This document shows, piece after piece, positions 7,931 to 17,018 of a stretch of DNA of 64,000 nt. The notes beneath the pieces were generated by a model, which was not told the origin of the DNA, made no database searches, and was given only the letters and a program-made list of their open reading frames with translations. The position numbers were made by a program, and so were the translations under genes. How positions within the stretch are numbered: the first letter of the stretch is position 1; each line of letters opens with the position of its first letter. The stretch comes from a virus, in IMG/VR virus record IMGVR_UViG_3300028800_000069, positions 1-64,000 of that record. One strand, written 5' to 3'.

Positions 7931-10531
7931 TTACTGTGCTATCGGTTGCTTCAGTGCTTCTGGGATTGCTTTACCAGCAATCTTATGGTCGAGCGCTGTG
8001 CCTGCTGCTTGGGCGAACATGTCAGGTGTTGCATTGATGTTCATCTTAGCCAGAGCTTGCACTGCAATCGGTGGAGGCATCTTAGATACATCGACACTCA
8101 GTGACTCGGATGGTGGTTTACCCGGAGGCATGTTAGCCGCTGCAATCTTCTTAGCCATAGCTACGTGTTCTGCCCAGTGTATGTGGACGTTTTCATAGCC
8201 TGCACTTTGTTCTTCTGTTCCGTGCTTGAACTTCTGTCCCTCCGTAGAGTTCATCCATTCAAAGCACTCGTTAGCTTCTACTGCGTGATTTTCGCTCTCA
8301 TCTTGTGCAACAGGTATAGTGCTCACCATCTTTGGTAGAGAGTTCATAGCCTGTTGTATTTGTGAGACCATAGCGGCGGCTTGAGGCGGTACTTGTTCGC
8401 CTTGTGCCGATGCGGCTGTCATGCCCATTGTTACCTTTTCCAAACCTGCACTCATTTGTAAGAGTTGTGGATTCGGCATAGGTGCAGCGCGTAGCAAGAG
8501 TTCAAACTCACTACGTTGTTTAGTGACTGATGACGCCCCAGCTACTTTGTAGTTTTTCATACGAAGTGCTTTTGACGTTTCCTCTAAGTTCGATGGGCTG
8601 AATACCCATTGTGCAAGAGGTGACGCAGGTGCAAGGTTTGCCTTATCAATCAGCGTCATTATTTTTACTGCTTTTTCTTCTTCAGTCTCTGGCAATGATG
8701 GATTGCTCTCTGGATAACATAGTACGTTACCTCCAAGAAGGTTCGCAGTGTTGACTGTTACGTTTCCACGTCCCTGTATATTCTGCGATATTTCTTTTCC
8801 ATCTCTGCATTCTGCTGCGCACTTAACGGCTTGTCTAGCTGCGGTTGCGAATAGGTCTTGAATGTTATTCCAAGGGCAACCTACGCGCTGCAGTGCTTGA
8901 TCACGCTGTATTACTGCATTTCCTACTGTGTTCTCCCCTGTAGCATTGCCGAACAATGATGGCAGTGCTCCAGATATCTCTTCGGAAAGAGTAGTTATGA
9001 ACCACTTGATAAATTCAGGCAGCGCAGGCTGGTGCTGAGGAGTAGGCTCAACCATTATGTATTGAGACTCTGCCGTCAGTCCGGGCTGAGGTATAAATGG
9101 TCCGATGCTTCCGGGGATGTTTGGTTCTTTCTTAATTGCATCCATATCGAAAGCTTCAGAGTTCATCCACTTCTTAGGTATGGTTCTCTTGAAGAAGTCA
9201 TCTAACAAATCAACCCAGTCGTTTATTCGCTTCTGGACAGATATAAGTGCAGTGCCCATAGCTCTACGATTTTGTCCCTTACCTGCGGTTGGGTGGGCGA
9301 TTGCTAGGTGGTCATCCATCTTCTCATTACGAGAAAAGGCATACTCTTGTCCGGCGCGAGCCAGCAGCACTCCGTCTGGAAATGCTTCTAACAGTTCTGC
9401 TTTTGCTTCATCGCCTACAGAGGGATCAAGAAACATTGCAGGACGCATCCACGTGTACTTAACAGTGGTGTGTCGTGACAATGAGTCACCAGTGACGTAC
9501 GCTCCAAGTACAGCTTGGCGCACGTTCTCTCTTGCGATGCGATCAAGTTGTGTTGCTGATTGTCCATCGGTGCCGGGACTAATCTTACTTGCGATCCACG
9601 GGAACATACCACGAACCATTGCAACGTCATAGTCCAACATCAACTGCACAAACTGCATTTCAGAAAAATTGTCTACGGAAATAGGAACCTTATGATCCAA
9701 CTTGCCGTGAGCAGTAGTGACTTCCATACCAAGTGGTTTCTTAGAACTGTTACCAACTCCTGCGGAGTCCAACAATCCGTCTATATCTCCACCTGTGTCT
9801 GATACTGATTCTGTTACTTGTAAAAAGTCTTCTTGTCCATCTTGTCCAGTAGGTTTGTCGTCTGGAGGATTTAAGATGTCGTCAGGAACGGTAGGAGTAG
9901 TCTTGTCTTCTTCGAATCCGTACTTCTGTCCGTCCAGTTGATAGCGCGTCCATAGAAGGACACGATCTTCGTTCCAGAAAATACGAGCGCACTGCACCAA
10001 AAGGTCATGGAGCTTGTTGTTGCGTGACCAAATGTCTTTGAATCTATCGGCTTCTTCGGCTGCAATCTTGTCCGGTGCCCACTCTGGGTTTACAGGAGAA
10101 AATTCTACCTTCGGTACTTCTCTTGATAGTGCCGATACAATGATGTCACCTTTGGGTCCATACACGTTGGTGTCGTATATGCTATTGTGGTTTCTATCAT
10201 TGGCTTTCTTACCTTGGCCTCCACCGGGGAGTTCCCATCCTCCACGCTTGCCTCTAAGTAAATGCTGATATCCTCTTTCAAAGTGCAGAGCTTCCCACGT
10301 CTGCTCGACTTCCATGCGTCGTGCAGCTACGTCTGTTTTTGTGCAGATGTCATCAAGGGATATCAAAGTACCTCGTGCTATGTCGCTCAACTCAGCAAAC
10401 GGCTCTGGAGAATGAGGGAACGGAGCGTACACACCAAGGGGACTGTTATTAGGGCTTTCAGGCTGAGCTTCGGACCCGCCTTTTGCGCCTTCTGTCCCCG
10501 CCCCTACAACTTCTGAAACATCGTCTGCCAT
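7931..10531 (-). CDS. Portal protein
   Basis: 866 aa, downstream of the terminase; EEISGALPSLFG...TVGNA segment and Gln/Pro/Met-rich C-terminal tail resemble P22-like portals. Confidence 0.75.
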   Translation of the reverse strand: MADDVSEVVGAGTEGAKGGSEAQPESPNNSPLGVYAPFPHSPEPFAELSDIARGTLISLDDICTKTDVAARRMEVEQTWEALHFERGYQHLLRGKRGGWELPGGGQGKKANDRNHNSIYDTNVYGPKGDIIVSALSREVPKVEFSPVNPEWAPDKIAAEEADRFKDIWSRNNKLHDLLVQCARIFWNEDRVLLWTRYQLDGQKYGFEEDKTTPTVPDDILNPPDDKPTGQDGQEDFLQVTESVSDTGGDIDGLLDSAGVGNSSKKPLGMEVTTAHGKLDHKVPISVDNFSEMQFVQLMLDYDVAMVRGMFPWIASKISPGTDGQSATQLDRIARENVRQAVLGAYVTGDSLSRHTTVKYTWMRPAMFLDPSVGDEAKAELLEAFPDGVLLARAGQEYAFSRNEKMDDHLAIAHPTAGKGQNRRAMGTALISVQKRINDWVDLLDDFFKRTIPKKWMNSEAFDMDAIKKEPNIPGSIGPFIPQPGLTAESQYIMVEPTPQHQPALPEFIKWFITTLSEEISGALPSLFGNATGENTVGNAVIQRDQALQRVGCPWNNIQDLFATAARQAVKCAAECRDGKEISQNIQGRGNVTVNTANLLGGNVLCYPESNPSLPETEEEKAVKIMTLIDKANLAPASPLAQWVFSPSNLEETSKALRMKNYKVAGASSVTKQRSEFELLLRAAPMPNPQLLQMSAGLEKVTMGMTAASAQGEQVPPQAAAMVSQIQQAMNSLPKMVSTIPVAQDESENHAVEANECFEWMNSTEGQKFKHGTEEQSAGYENVHIHWAEHVAMAKKIAAANMPPGKPPSESLSVDVSKMPPPIAVQALAKMNINATPDMFAQAAGTALDHKIAGKAIPEALKQPIAQ

Positions 10532-10543
10532 TTGGGACTCCTA

Positions 10544-10744
10544 TTACTTATGCATTGCCTTCAGGCCCTTTGCGCTTGCTATCATGCGACCAAGACGACC
10601 TGTGTGATGCCCAGCTAATTTCTTTTCGGGAATTTTTTCTCCCTGTGGTACTCCTAGCGCCTCGTGGAGTGCGCCGGGGTGATGGATTGTGAATCCACCT
10701 TTCTTTCCAAGATCAACTTTGTGTGCTTTGTGACCTATTGCCAT
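10544..10744 (-). CDS. Small basic phage protein
   Basis: MAIGHKAHK...HPGALHEALGVPQGEKIP, a motif recurrent in phage late regions; RBS AGGAG. Confidence 0.6.
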   Translation of the reverse strand: MAIGHKAHKVDLGKKGGFTIHHPGALHEALGVPQGEKIPEKKLAGHHTGRLGRMIASAKGLKAMHK

Positions 10745-10754
10745 TGCCGTTCTC

Positions 10755-10928
10755 CTAGTACACGTTGACGCCGTTGTTACCACGCTTCTTGGTAGCCGAT
10801 GCGTTCGTGCCTTTACGAATACCCATGGTCACTCTTTTGAAAGAGGTAGGGTTTTGATCTTTTGCAGACAATGGAGGTTGCTGTGGAGATGGGTTTAACT
10901 TTGTTCTTCGTCCGATTCCTACACTCAT
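10755..10928 (-). CDS. Small basic protein (57 aa)
   Basis: MSVGIGRRTK...; ATGA overlap with the upstream gene. Below the ORF-track length cutoff. Confidence 0.5.
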   Translation of the reverse strand: MSVGIGRRTKLNPSPQQPPLSAKDQNPTSFKRVTMGIRKGTNASATKKRGNNGVNVY

Positions 10929-11104
10929 GCTGCCCTCATAGCTTGACGAGAGAGTTGCCCACCTGCATCAAGTTTTGGTTTCTTTTTACGAGGAGGCATA
11001 GGTGCCTCTCCCTGTAACCAACTGGGGAGAGGATTTGGATTTAAAGACGCCGTCTCCGCAGGTACTTCTTGTTTCTTTTTCTTAGGAACTCCGAGACCTA
11101 ACAT
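10925..11104 (-). CDS. Small basic proline-rich protein (59 aa)
   Basis: MLGLGVPKKKK...; start directly follows the upstream stop. Confidence 0.5.
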   Translation of the reverse strand: MLGLGVPKKKKQEVPAETASLNPNPLPSWLQGEAPMPPRKKKPKLDAGGQLSRQAMRAA

Positions 11105-11326
11105 TTACTTAGCCTCCCAGAAGCGGCAGTATGCAACTGCATGAACTTTCACGTCTCCATTTGGCAAACGTGGTTGCTTCGATAGTTCCTTCATCTTTGG
11201 ACCGTTGCATCCACTCTCTGACTTAACAAAGTGCTCACAGTTGAAACAGTGCTCCGAACTGCCGGGATGATGCGACTGGTACCCTGTCTTCGGTTCTTTA
11301 ATTATGGAGAACGCAAATTTACCCAT
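11105..11326 (-). CDS. Four-cysteine HiPIP-like small protein
   Basis: YQ...CFNCEHF...GC...AYCRFWEAK spacing resembles high-potential iron-sulfur proteins. Confidence 0.45.
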   Translation of the reverse strand: MGKFAFSIIKEPKTGYQSHHPGSSEHCFNCEHFVKSESGCNGPKMKELSKQPRLPNGDVKVHAVAYCRFWEAK

Positions 11327-11495
11327 TGACCTTCTCCTTCTTGCGACCGAATCCCGGTGCTTTCTTTTTTCGTTCAGGGAGTCCCTTAGGAGAGCCTGTT
11401 GCACCAATCCACTCCTTGACTCCCGAATCCCCTAGCTTCTCTTTGGCGTCCGCTGTGTGCAACCACCGGAACTGTGCCTTAGATTCTGCTGGCAT
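11319..11495 (-). CDS. Small basic phage protein (58 aa)
   Basis: MPAESKAQFRW...KEW...GLPERKK; RBS AAGGAG. Confidence 0.55.
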   Translation of the reverse strand: MPAESKAQFRWLHTADAKEKLGDSGVKEWIGATGSPKGLPERKKKAPGFGRKKEKVNG

Positions 11496-11504
11496 TGCTG
11501 CTCC

Positions 11505-11981
11505 TTACTTAAGGTCCGGCATTGCAAACCCATCTTCTTCCGATGGTGCTCCAGCTTGCCCCTTAGCGCTGTGACCAAAGCCCTCTTCCTCTTGTCCATC
11601 CTCTTTACCAGCAGGTGGAACCGAGGCTAATTGGCGTGCTTCGTCGTGCGCATTGTGCGCGTGCTCATGAACGTTCGTATGAACATGGCCATCCTTGTGA
11701 TGAGAGGTGACAGTGTGTCGTCCAGACTTTTCATCATGATGGATAATGACCTTATGTGCGGCTCCATGTTCTGACACTACCGGATGCTCCTCACCGTCAT
11801 GTTGCTCTGCTTCGTTCTCTTTTGCGCCTTCTTGTTCTCCAGCTTCAAATTCAGGCGTTTCCTTAGCTTCATGCTCAGGCGACTCGCTGTGCATTCCATC
11901 TTCAGAGTGTGACTCGTCGAACTTGCGTCCCGCGAAGATACTGCCGAACTTCTTTCCCGGTACTTTCTTTGACTCGTACAT
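11505..11981 (-). CDS. His/Glu-rich protein
   Basis: 158 aa with many His clusters (HHDE, HHKDGHVHTNVHEHAH). Confidence 0.6.
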   Translation of the reverse strand: MYESKKVPGKKFGSIFAGRKFDESHSEDGMHSESPEHEAKETPEFEAGEQEGAKENEAEQHDGEEHPVVSEHGAAHKVIIHHDEKSGRHTVTSHHKDGHVHTNVHEHAHNAHDEARQLASVPPAGKEDGQEEEGFGHSAKGQAGAPSEEDGFAMPDLK

Positions 11982-12007
11982 TTATTGCTCCTCTTCGGCA
12001 GTGCCGA

Positions 12008-12217
12008 TTACTTCTTGTCGTCCCCAAGCAATTCACTGACCTTAGCGGTAAGTGCTGCTTTGCTATTACAAACGTATTTGTCTGGTTCCATATAGCATGA
12101 AGGAACCCAACCCTTCTTCTGACTCAGGGTCTTCTTTGGTTCGTAGCTGGCTTCGATTTCGAATCCATTCTTTGCTACTGAGATGCTGATGCGGCACAAC
12201 TTTCCTTTATCTGCCAT
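12008..12217 (-). CDS. Hypothetical protein
   Basis: 69-aa co-oriented ORF. Confidence 0.5.
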   Translation of the reverse strand: MADKGKLCRISISVAKNGFEIEASYEPKKTLSQKKGWVPSCYMEPDKYVCNSKAALTAKVSELLGDDKK

Positions 12218-12219
12218 GC

Positions 12220-12585
12220 TTATACCTTGGCGGCTGTTGCCGCTTCCTCTTCCAATTCCTTTGCGATCCTAGCTTCGTGCTCTTCTTGTTCTGCCTGCCA
12301 ACTCGTCTTGACTTGGGGAGACTGGAAGCTAGCGAAGCTTGGTTTTTCAGGTTTCTTTGCAGTGGGATCAATGCCTACGCGCCGATTTATATTCAGTTCG
12401 TATATACTGATTTTGGTCTGAAGAAACGCCTTCTCCGTTCGAAGCTCAGCGATCACCTGATCCTTGTCTTGTCGTACTCTTTGCAGGTCTTCACGTAGAA
12501 GAAGTAAATCTTTTTCTAAACGATCAACCAGCGACGAGTAGAACAGGTCATCCCAGAAACCTCTTATGCTAGATGCGATGCTCAT
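12220..12585 (-). CDS. Coiled-coil hypothetical protein
   Basis: Heptad-rich; ATGA overlap with the terminase stop. Confidence 0.55.
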   Translation of the reverse strand: MSIASSIRGFWDDLFYSSLVDRLEKDLLLLREDLQRVRQDKDQVIAELRTEKAFLQTKISIYELNINRRVGIDPTAKKPEKPSFASFQSPQVKTSWQAEQEEHEARIAKELEEEAATAAKV

Positions 12586-14261
12586 CCTTGATCCTGCTTT
12601 CCCATCCACACCGCTTGTTCCGGTGGGCGAAACGATGCATGCTTATTCTCGTTCTCTGCATCGAGCTTCATCTTTAGAAAATGTGCTGCTAGAGGATCAG
12701 TCTTTTTCAATGCAGCAACTCTTTCTGCCTCGACTTGCGCTTCGGGTTTCTTTTTGGCTGCTAGGTATCCGTACAGTCCGTATCGGAAACCGTCGTAGCA
12801 GTCATCACCTTTGGCGTTGACCTTTAGCACATCGTCCATCAAATCAGGGTTTCTCATCAACGACGGAATTGCTAAGATTATCTCTTTGCATGTGTCGAGG
12901 ATTACTAATTCACCTTTTTTGATAGCATTGTACATTAGCGATGCAGAACCTATGCGGTCCCTTGTCGCAGATGTAACCGGAGGAAGTCCCACAAGCTTCA
13001 ACGCTCGTGAGTATTCGTCCGCTGGTGTGCGGCTGTCCATTTGTCGATTAAACTTTTCGTGTGAAAAGTATATGGCCTTTAGAGTTACTGGTCTACCGTC
13101 TGGAAGGTGTGCTTTTGCTTTGATGATCGAGGCTAGCTCGTCCATCGTCTTTCCACCTGTTACCACTATCTCTTGAAAGCAAACTGTCTTGAGTCGGTAG
13201 TTGTCTCCAACTGAGTCCTTAACCATCGCTTTCGTAAATAAATACGTAGCGTTGGCGTGCTGCATGCCCCAGTCTTCTCCAGCCCAGCACGGTTGCCAGT
13301 CTTGCCAGATGATAGCCTCGGGGTCTTCTCGCAAATTTAATACGTGGTATGATGGGTCAAAGCAATCGAAGTATTGACCTTCAACTGCACCGTCGAACCC
13401 ATACAGAACTTTGTCGCGTTTCGCTTTTGGCATCGACATCAAACGAGCAACAATGCCGGGGTCGCGTGCTAGCAGTTCTGGGTTATCCAGCACTGTAGAT
13501 CGCTGATAAGCGTACGCATCTGGATCGTAAATCTTATTCCATTCTCCAGACTCTTGAATCCACCATGAACCGTCCACCGGATCACGCTTAGCGTCTTCTC
13601 CGGGGTTCCATGGTTCTTTCTGAACGAACAGCGTGCGGTAGTACTCGTAGTGCGGACCTAATGGGTTGGTGCATCCCACAATGGCCGGGATTGGAAGATT
13701 GCCTGCCTCGTCCCTCTCGCAAGCTGGGTTCACAATGTTACGTTGGAACAGCATCATCCACGCATCCGGCGAGAACTGTCCACATTCATCTACCAGAATG
13801 GCTGGGTATGCTTGTCCTAAGTACTGTTCGATATCTCTATCTTTGTTGTTCTGGCAATGCCCGAAGACTACGCGGGAGCCGTTCTTTAAAGTAGCAACGT
13901 GCTTCGTCTGGTCATAGTCATATAGTTCCTTCGGCATGAAGGTCTTGAAATCGGCAATAGCTCCGTTTTCCAATTCCTTGAAGTTCCTACGAAGGACCAA
14001 CAAGTTGCATCCTGTCCACTGCAGACAGTAATGCATCACAAAGTACATCAACCATCCACAGGTCTTTCCTGAACGGATTCCGCCAGTGCTGAGACACTGA
14101 CCAGCTGCTGGTTGAAGGTACACTTTGCCATCGCGCTGTACATACCTTAGCAACTCTGTTTGCTTTGCCTGAAACTTGAAAATCTTATCAAAGTTCAGCG
14201 TGCCGTCCGAGTTCAGGTACGGCTTTGTTTCTACCGCGTCTGTAGTTTTTCTACGGGGCAC
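12582..14261 (-). CDS. terL: Terminase large subunit
   Basis: Walker A GGIRSGKT, Walker B ILVDE, coupling motif CTNP, nuclease acidic motifs GEDWG and DDCYDGFRYG. Confidence 0.92.
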   Translation of the reverse strand: MPRRKTTDAVETKPYLNSDGTLNFDKIFKFQAKQTELLRYVQRDGKVYLQPAAGQCLSTGGIRSGKTCGWLMYFVMHYCLQWTGCNLLVLRRNFKELENGAIADFKTFMPKELYDYDQTKHVATLKNGSRVVFGHCQNNKDRDIEQYLGQAYPAILVDECGQFSPDAWMMLFQRNIVNPACERDEAGNLPIPAIVGCTNPLGPHYEYYRTLFVQKEPWNPGEDAKRDPVDGSWWIQESGEWNKIYDPDAYAYQRSTVLDNPELLARDPGIVARLMSMPKAKRDKVLYGFDGAVEGQYFDCFDPSYHVLNLREDPEAIIWQDWQPCWAGEDWGMQHANATYLFTKAMVKDSVGDNYRLKTVCFQEIVVTGGKTMDELASIIKAKAHLPDGRPVTLKAIYFSHEKFNRQMDSRTPADEYSRALKLVGLPPVTSATRDRIGSASLMYNAIKKGELVILDTCKEIILAIPSLMRNPDLMDDVLKVNAKGDDCYDGFRYGLYGYLAAKKKPEAQVEAERVAALKKTDPLAAHFLKMKLDAENENKHASFRPPEQAVWMGKQDQG

Positions 14262-14271
14262 TGAGTTGCCT

Positions 14272-14781
14272 CTATTTCTTTTCGTTTGTAGTGACGCTTA
14301 CCACTTCCGCAAATGATGGTTGTTTTGCTTTCTCAACAATGTTGTCCGCGTCTACAATCTTTGGGTTCATAATGTCTGGTGACACTACGATGATAGTCTT
14401 CACAGGCTGAGTCGTCAGTTTGTCCATTTCTTTTTCGGACGGGTCTTCTTTACCCAGCGCACGGCGCATAGCGACTTCATACGCTTTTACTGCTGCCATG
14501 TCAGCTTTCGGGTCTCCTGATCCTTCTCCCTGTGCAATACGCATGACGTTCCTGAATGCTACTTCGTGCTCTGTCAGTCCGGGGTTTTTCTTGTTTGGAC
14601 TGTTCAGGAACTTCCTATCTTTCCTTGTGAAATCTACCACTGGCGCTGGAGGTTTAGGTTTGCGTACGAACTGACCGCTACTTGCGCGAATCATTTCACG
14701 TGTGCCACCCTCCTTCGTCTTGATGACGACTAGGGCGGTCTCAGGTGGGGTTGCCACCTGAGGTTTTTCTGAGTCCGCCAT
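14272..14781 (-). CDS. Probable terminase small subunit
   Basis: 169 aa immediately upstream of terL; SGQFV near the N-terminus and a helical core. Confidence 0.5.
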   Translation of the reverse strand: MADSEKPQVATPPETALVVIKTKEGGTREMIRASSGQFVRKPKPPAPVVDFTRKDRKFLNSPNKKNPGLTEHEVAFRNVMRIAQGEGSGDPKADMAAVKAYEVAMRRALGKEDPSEKEMDKLTTQPVKTIIVVSPDIMNPKIVDADNIVEKAKQPSFAEVVSVTTNEKK

Positions 14782-14793
14782 GTCTTGTTCCTC

Positions 14794-15147
14794 TTACAGT
14801 TTCTTGAATTGAGCTACAGCAGCGTCGAACACGTACTCCGCTTTTGAGAGTCCGTACTTAACGTACAGTTTCTCGACAGCATCAGTAAAGGTCTTAGCCT
14901 TCGCTTCTGCTGAGACTTGTAGTCGGTGCATTTCCAGTTGAATCTTCAGGTACTCCAGTTCCGTTTCGCGGAGCAGAAGTTTTTCCTCTGCTTCGATCTT
15001 AACTAAAGCAGCCTTTACTTTCTCTTCAACCTTTTCCACTTCTGCAACGACTTCCTTCTCGACGGATTTCACTTCTGCAACCACGGCTTCAGTCACGGTC
15101 TTTACTTCGCCTTCAACTGCCTTCACTACGTTTTCTAGTTCGCTCAT
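14794..15147 (-). CDS. Glu/Lys/Val-rich coiled-coil protein
   Basis: Repetitive VVAEVK/VVAEVE N-terminus; RBS AGGAG. Confidence 0.55.
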   Translation of the reverse strand: MSELENVVKAVEGEVKTVTEAVVAEVKSVEKEVVAEVEKVEEKVKAALVKIEAEEKLLLRETELEYLKIQLEMHRLQVSAEAKAKTFTDAVEKLYVKYGLSKAEYVFDAAVAQFKKL

Positions 15148-15176
15148 GTTCTGAGTCTCCTATGAGTTTTGTGCCT

Positions 15177-15569
15177 TTAGAAAATCGTTAGACCTTTCAA
15201 GATGGCACCTTTCTTGAAAATCCCTCTATCAGAAATCTTTTGTCTCTGCTCTTCAAAAGCAGGCCCGTGATCATCACGCATTTTGGTTGCTACATGACAC
15301 ATCTCGTGCGCTAGTGTTGCAAGAACGGCTGTCTTACCGGGATTTTTGGTTTTGCTGATGATGATTATGTACTCGTGTCGATAGTGATCTTCGGCAAATG
15401 CCGTTGGAGAGTCGTGCTTGTCTGAAGTCCATGCAAAGTACTTTTCTTCAAACTTCTCAATCTCCAATTCGTTGATCCATCGTACACACACGTTGCTTGG
15501 AAGTTCATTGTGAAAGAACTTTTTATTTATAAGTCTGTACCAATGCTTTAGACACTTGTCGGATCGCAC
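15177..15569 (-). CDS. SprT-like zinc metalloprotease
   Basis: TLAHEMCH...HGPAF motif. Confidence 0.75.
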   Translation of the reverse strand: MRSDKCLKHWYRLINKKFFHNELPSNVCVRWINELEIEKFEEKYFAWTSDKHDSPTAFAEDHYRHEYIIIISKTKNPGKTAVLATLAHEMCHVATKMRDDHGPAFEEQRQKISDRGIFKKGAILKGLTIF

Positions 15570-15619
15570 TGCGATTCTCCAAGCTCACAACGCCTTCGGC
15601 GCATTCGAGCGTATAAACG

Positions 15620-16085
15620 ACAAAGGCTCAACCCTGTTAAGAGTTGAGCCTTAAACCCACCGTTCTTCACGGCAGGGGTGTATTTGAATGTGTCCTGTTA
15701 CCAGCCACGCGTTAACGCGGTCTTACAAGTTTTAGGGTACAGGTAAATCCCTTATGTGTGACATTCCCGAACTCGTGCCTTGCAAGGGTGAGGATCGGTG
15801 TCACTTGCTGCTGGTATAACCTGAACGCTACAGCTATACGTTCCCGGTCGCTGTTAATAAAGCCTATTGAGATAGAACAGCGAACGTCTCACAGGCTTAG
15901 TCGTTGAGTTGGCCTTGGCGCAACGATACGCCTTATGCGGTTTCCGTACCCCGCGCCGTTGCGTGCGGTGAAGACACGACGGACTAGTGCAGATCGAGGG
16001 ATGATCACTTCCCAAACATCTGCTTTCGATGCATCTCCTCCACCCCTATAGGGCACGTGCTTAAGTTACACCAAGCATCGAATCT
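15620..16085 (-). ncRNA. Candidate large structured ncRNA (~470 nt) ending in a terminator
   Basis: ORF-free; many helices, an H-type pseudoknot and long-range pairings; 3' hairpin AGGCTCAACTC/GGGTTGAGCCT followed by TTGTCGTTT. Confidence 0.6.
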
Positions 16086-16298
16086 TTACTTACTGATCTC
16101 TTTTGACTTTTCAACCGTTGGTCCGTCTTGAGCCAACGCTCCCAGCATTTCAAAACCGGGAGTCGTAATCATTGTGCCGCGCGGTTCGCTACGGTACAGT
16201 GTGTCGAGTTTCCTATGCGAATACGTTTCTTTCACGAAGTCTATCGTGAGGAAGATCGCAAGGAATAACAGAACTAAAAGAACTGTCATTGTGCTCAC
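16086..16298 (-). CDS. Small membrane-anchored protein
   Basis: N-terminal hydrophobic helix VLLVLLFLAIFLTI. Confidence 0.55.
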   Translation of the reverse strand: MSTMTVLLVLLFLAIFLTIDFVKETYSHRKLDTLYRSEPRGTMITTPGFEMLGALAQDGPTVEKSKEISK

Positions 16299-16313
16299 AC
16301 TTTCTTTTCAAAC

Positions 16314-16388
16314 TGGTCGGCTTTGCGAGGGGCGCGTCTCGCGTAGTCCGCGTCTCGCGGTGCATGCCTCGTTCTCTGCCATCAGCCG
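16314..16388 (-). pseudogene. Degenerate tRNA-like element (75 nt, ends ACCA)
   Basis: Cloverleaf spacing with T8-G9-GCAGAG, acceptor CGGCT/AGCCG and a CCA end; anticodon loop reduced and no TTC in the T loop. Confidence 0.45.
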
Positions 16389-16401
16389 TCGTAAAGCTTC
16401 C

Positions 16402-16764
16402 TCAGTCTCTCGCGAGCCGCTGAGGTACCGGGTGCGTTTGTGTCTGCACTTGACATCTGTGAAATTTGCGGTGACAATTCGAACACAGTGTGTCGCACTT
16501 TGCTATTTCCAAAGCAAGGTGTTGCACCGACCAACCGTGATTGATTGCTGTCGCTATTTCCAATTCTTTTTTGCTTGGGTCTCTGTGGTGGAAGTCTAGA
16601 CATGCATCGTCTGCTTCTCCACACTGTATACAGGGATGTGTGCACCTGTACTCAGTTACCCATTTCTTTACTGCGGCTTTACGGTTCTTGTTCTCGTCTA
16701 ATCTTTGTTGCTTGTGCTTCTCGTAAAACCTTCTGCTCCACAACGCTTGTTTGGTCCTTGTCAT
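16402..16764 (-). CDS. HNH endonuclease
   Basis: PCIQCGE...LDFHHRDP...KCDTLCSNCHRKFH. Confidence 0.8.
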   Translation of the reverse strand: MTRTKQALWSRRFYEKHKQQRLDENKNRKAAVKKWVTEYRCTHPCIQCGEADDACLDFHHRDPSKKELEIATAINHGWSVQHLALEIAKCDTLCSNCHRKFHRCQVQTQTHPVPQRLARD

Positions 16765-16814
16765 ACGTTTCTCATTTCTGAGACTTTCGTATAACGGAGG
16801 GTCCACCACTCGGT

Positions 16815-17018
16815 TTAAGTCCGAGAACTTTTTGGAACCCTATAATGATTGCGCTTTGCTGCCGCGAGTTCTGCCTCGCACTTTGTGCGTACTTCCTCGC
16901 TTACATAGAGTGTAGCAGCGAATTGAATAAGGTCTGCCATGCGCTGGTCAAACTCTTCTAAGCTGTTTGCTTTTTTCAGTGCAAAGAGTGGTTCATCCTC
17001 TGGATCGATGTCTGCCAT
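16815..17018 (-). CDS. Hypothetical protein
   Basis: 67-aa ORF with AAGG upstream. Confidence 0.45.
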   Translation of the reverse strand: MADIDPEDEPLFALKKANSLEEFDQRMADLIQFAATLYVSEEVRTKCEAELAAAKRNHYRVPKSSRT

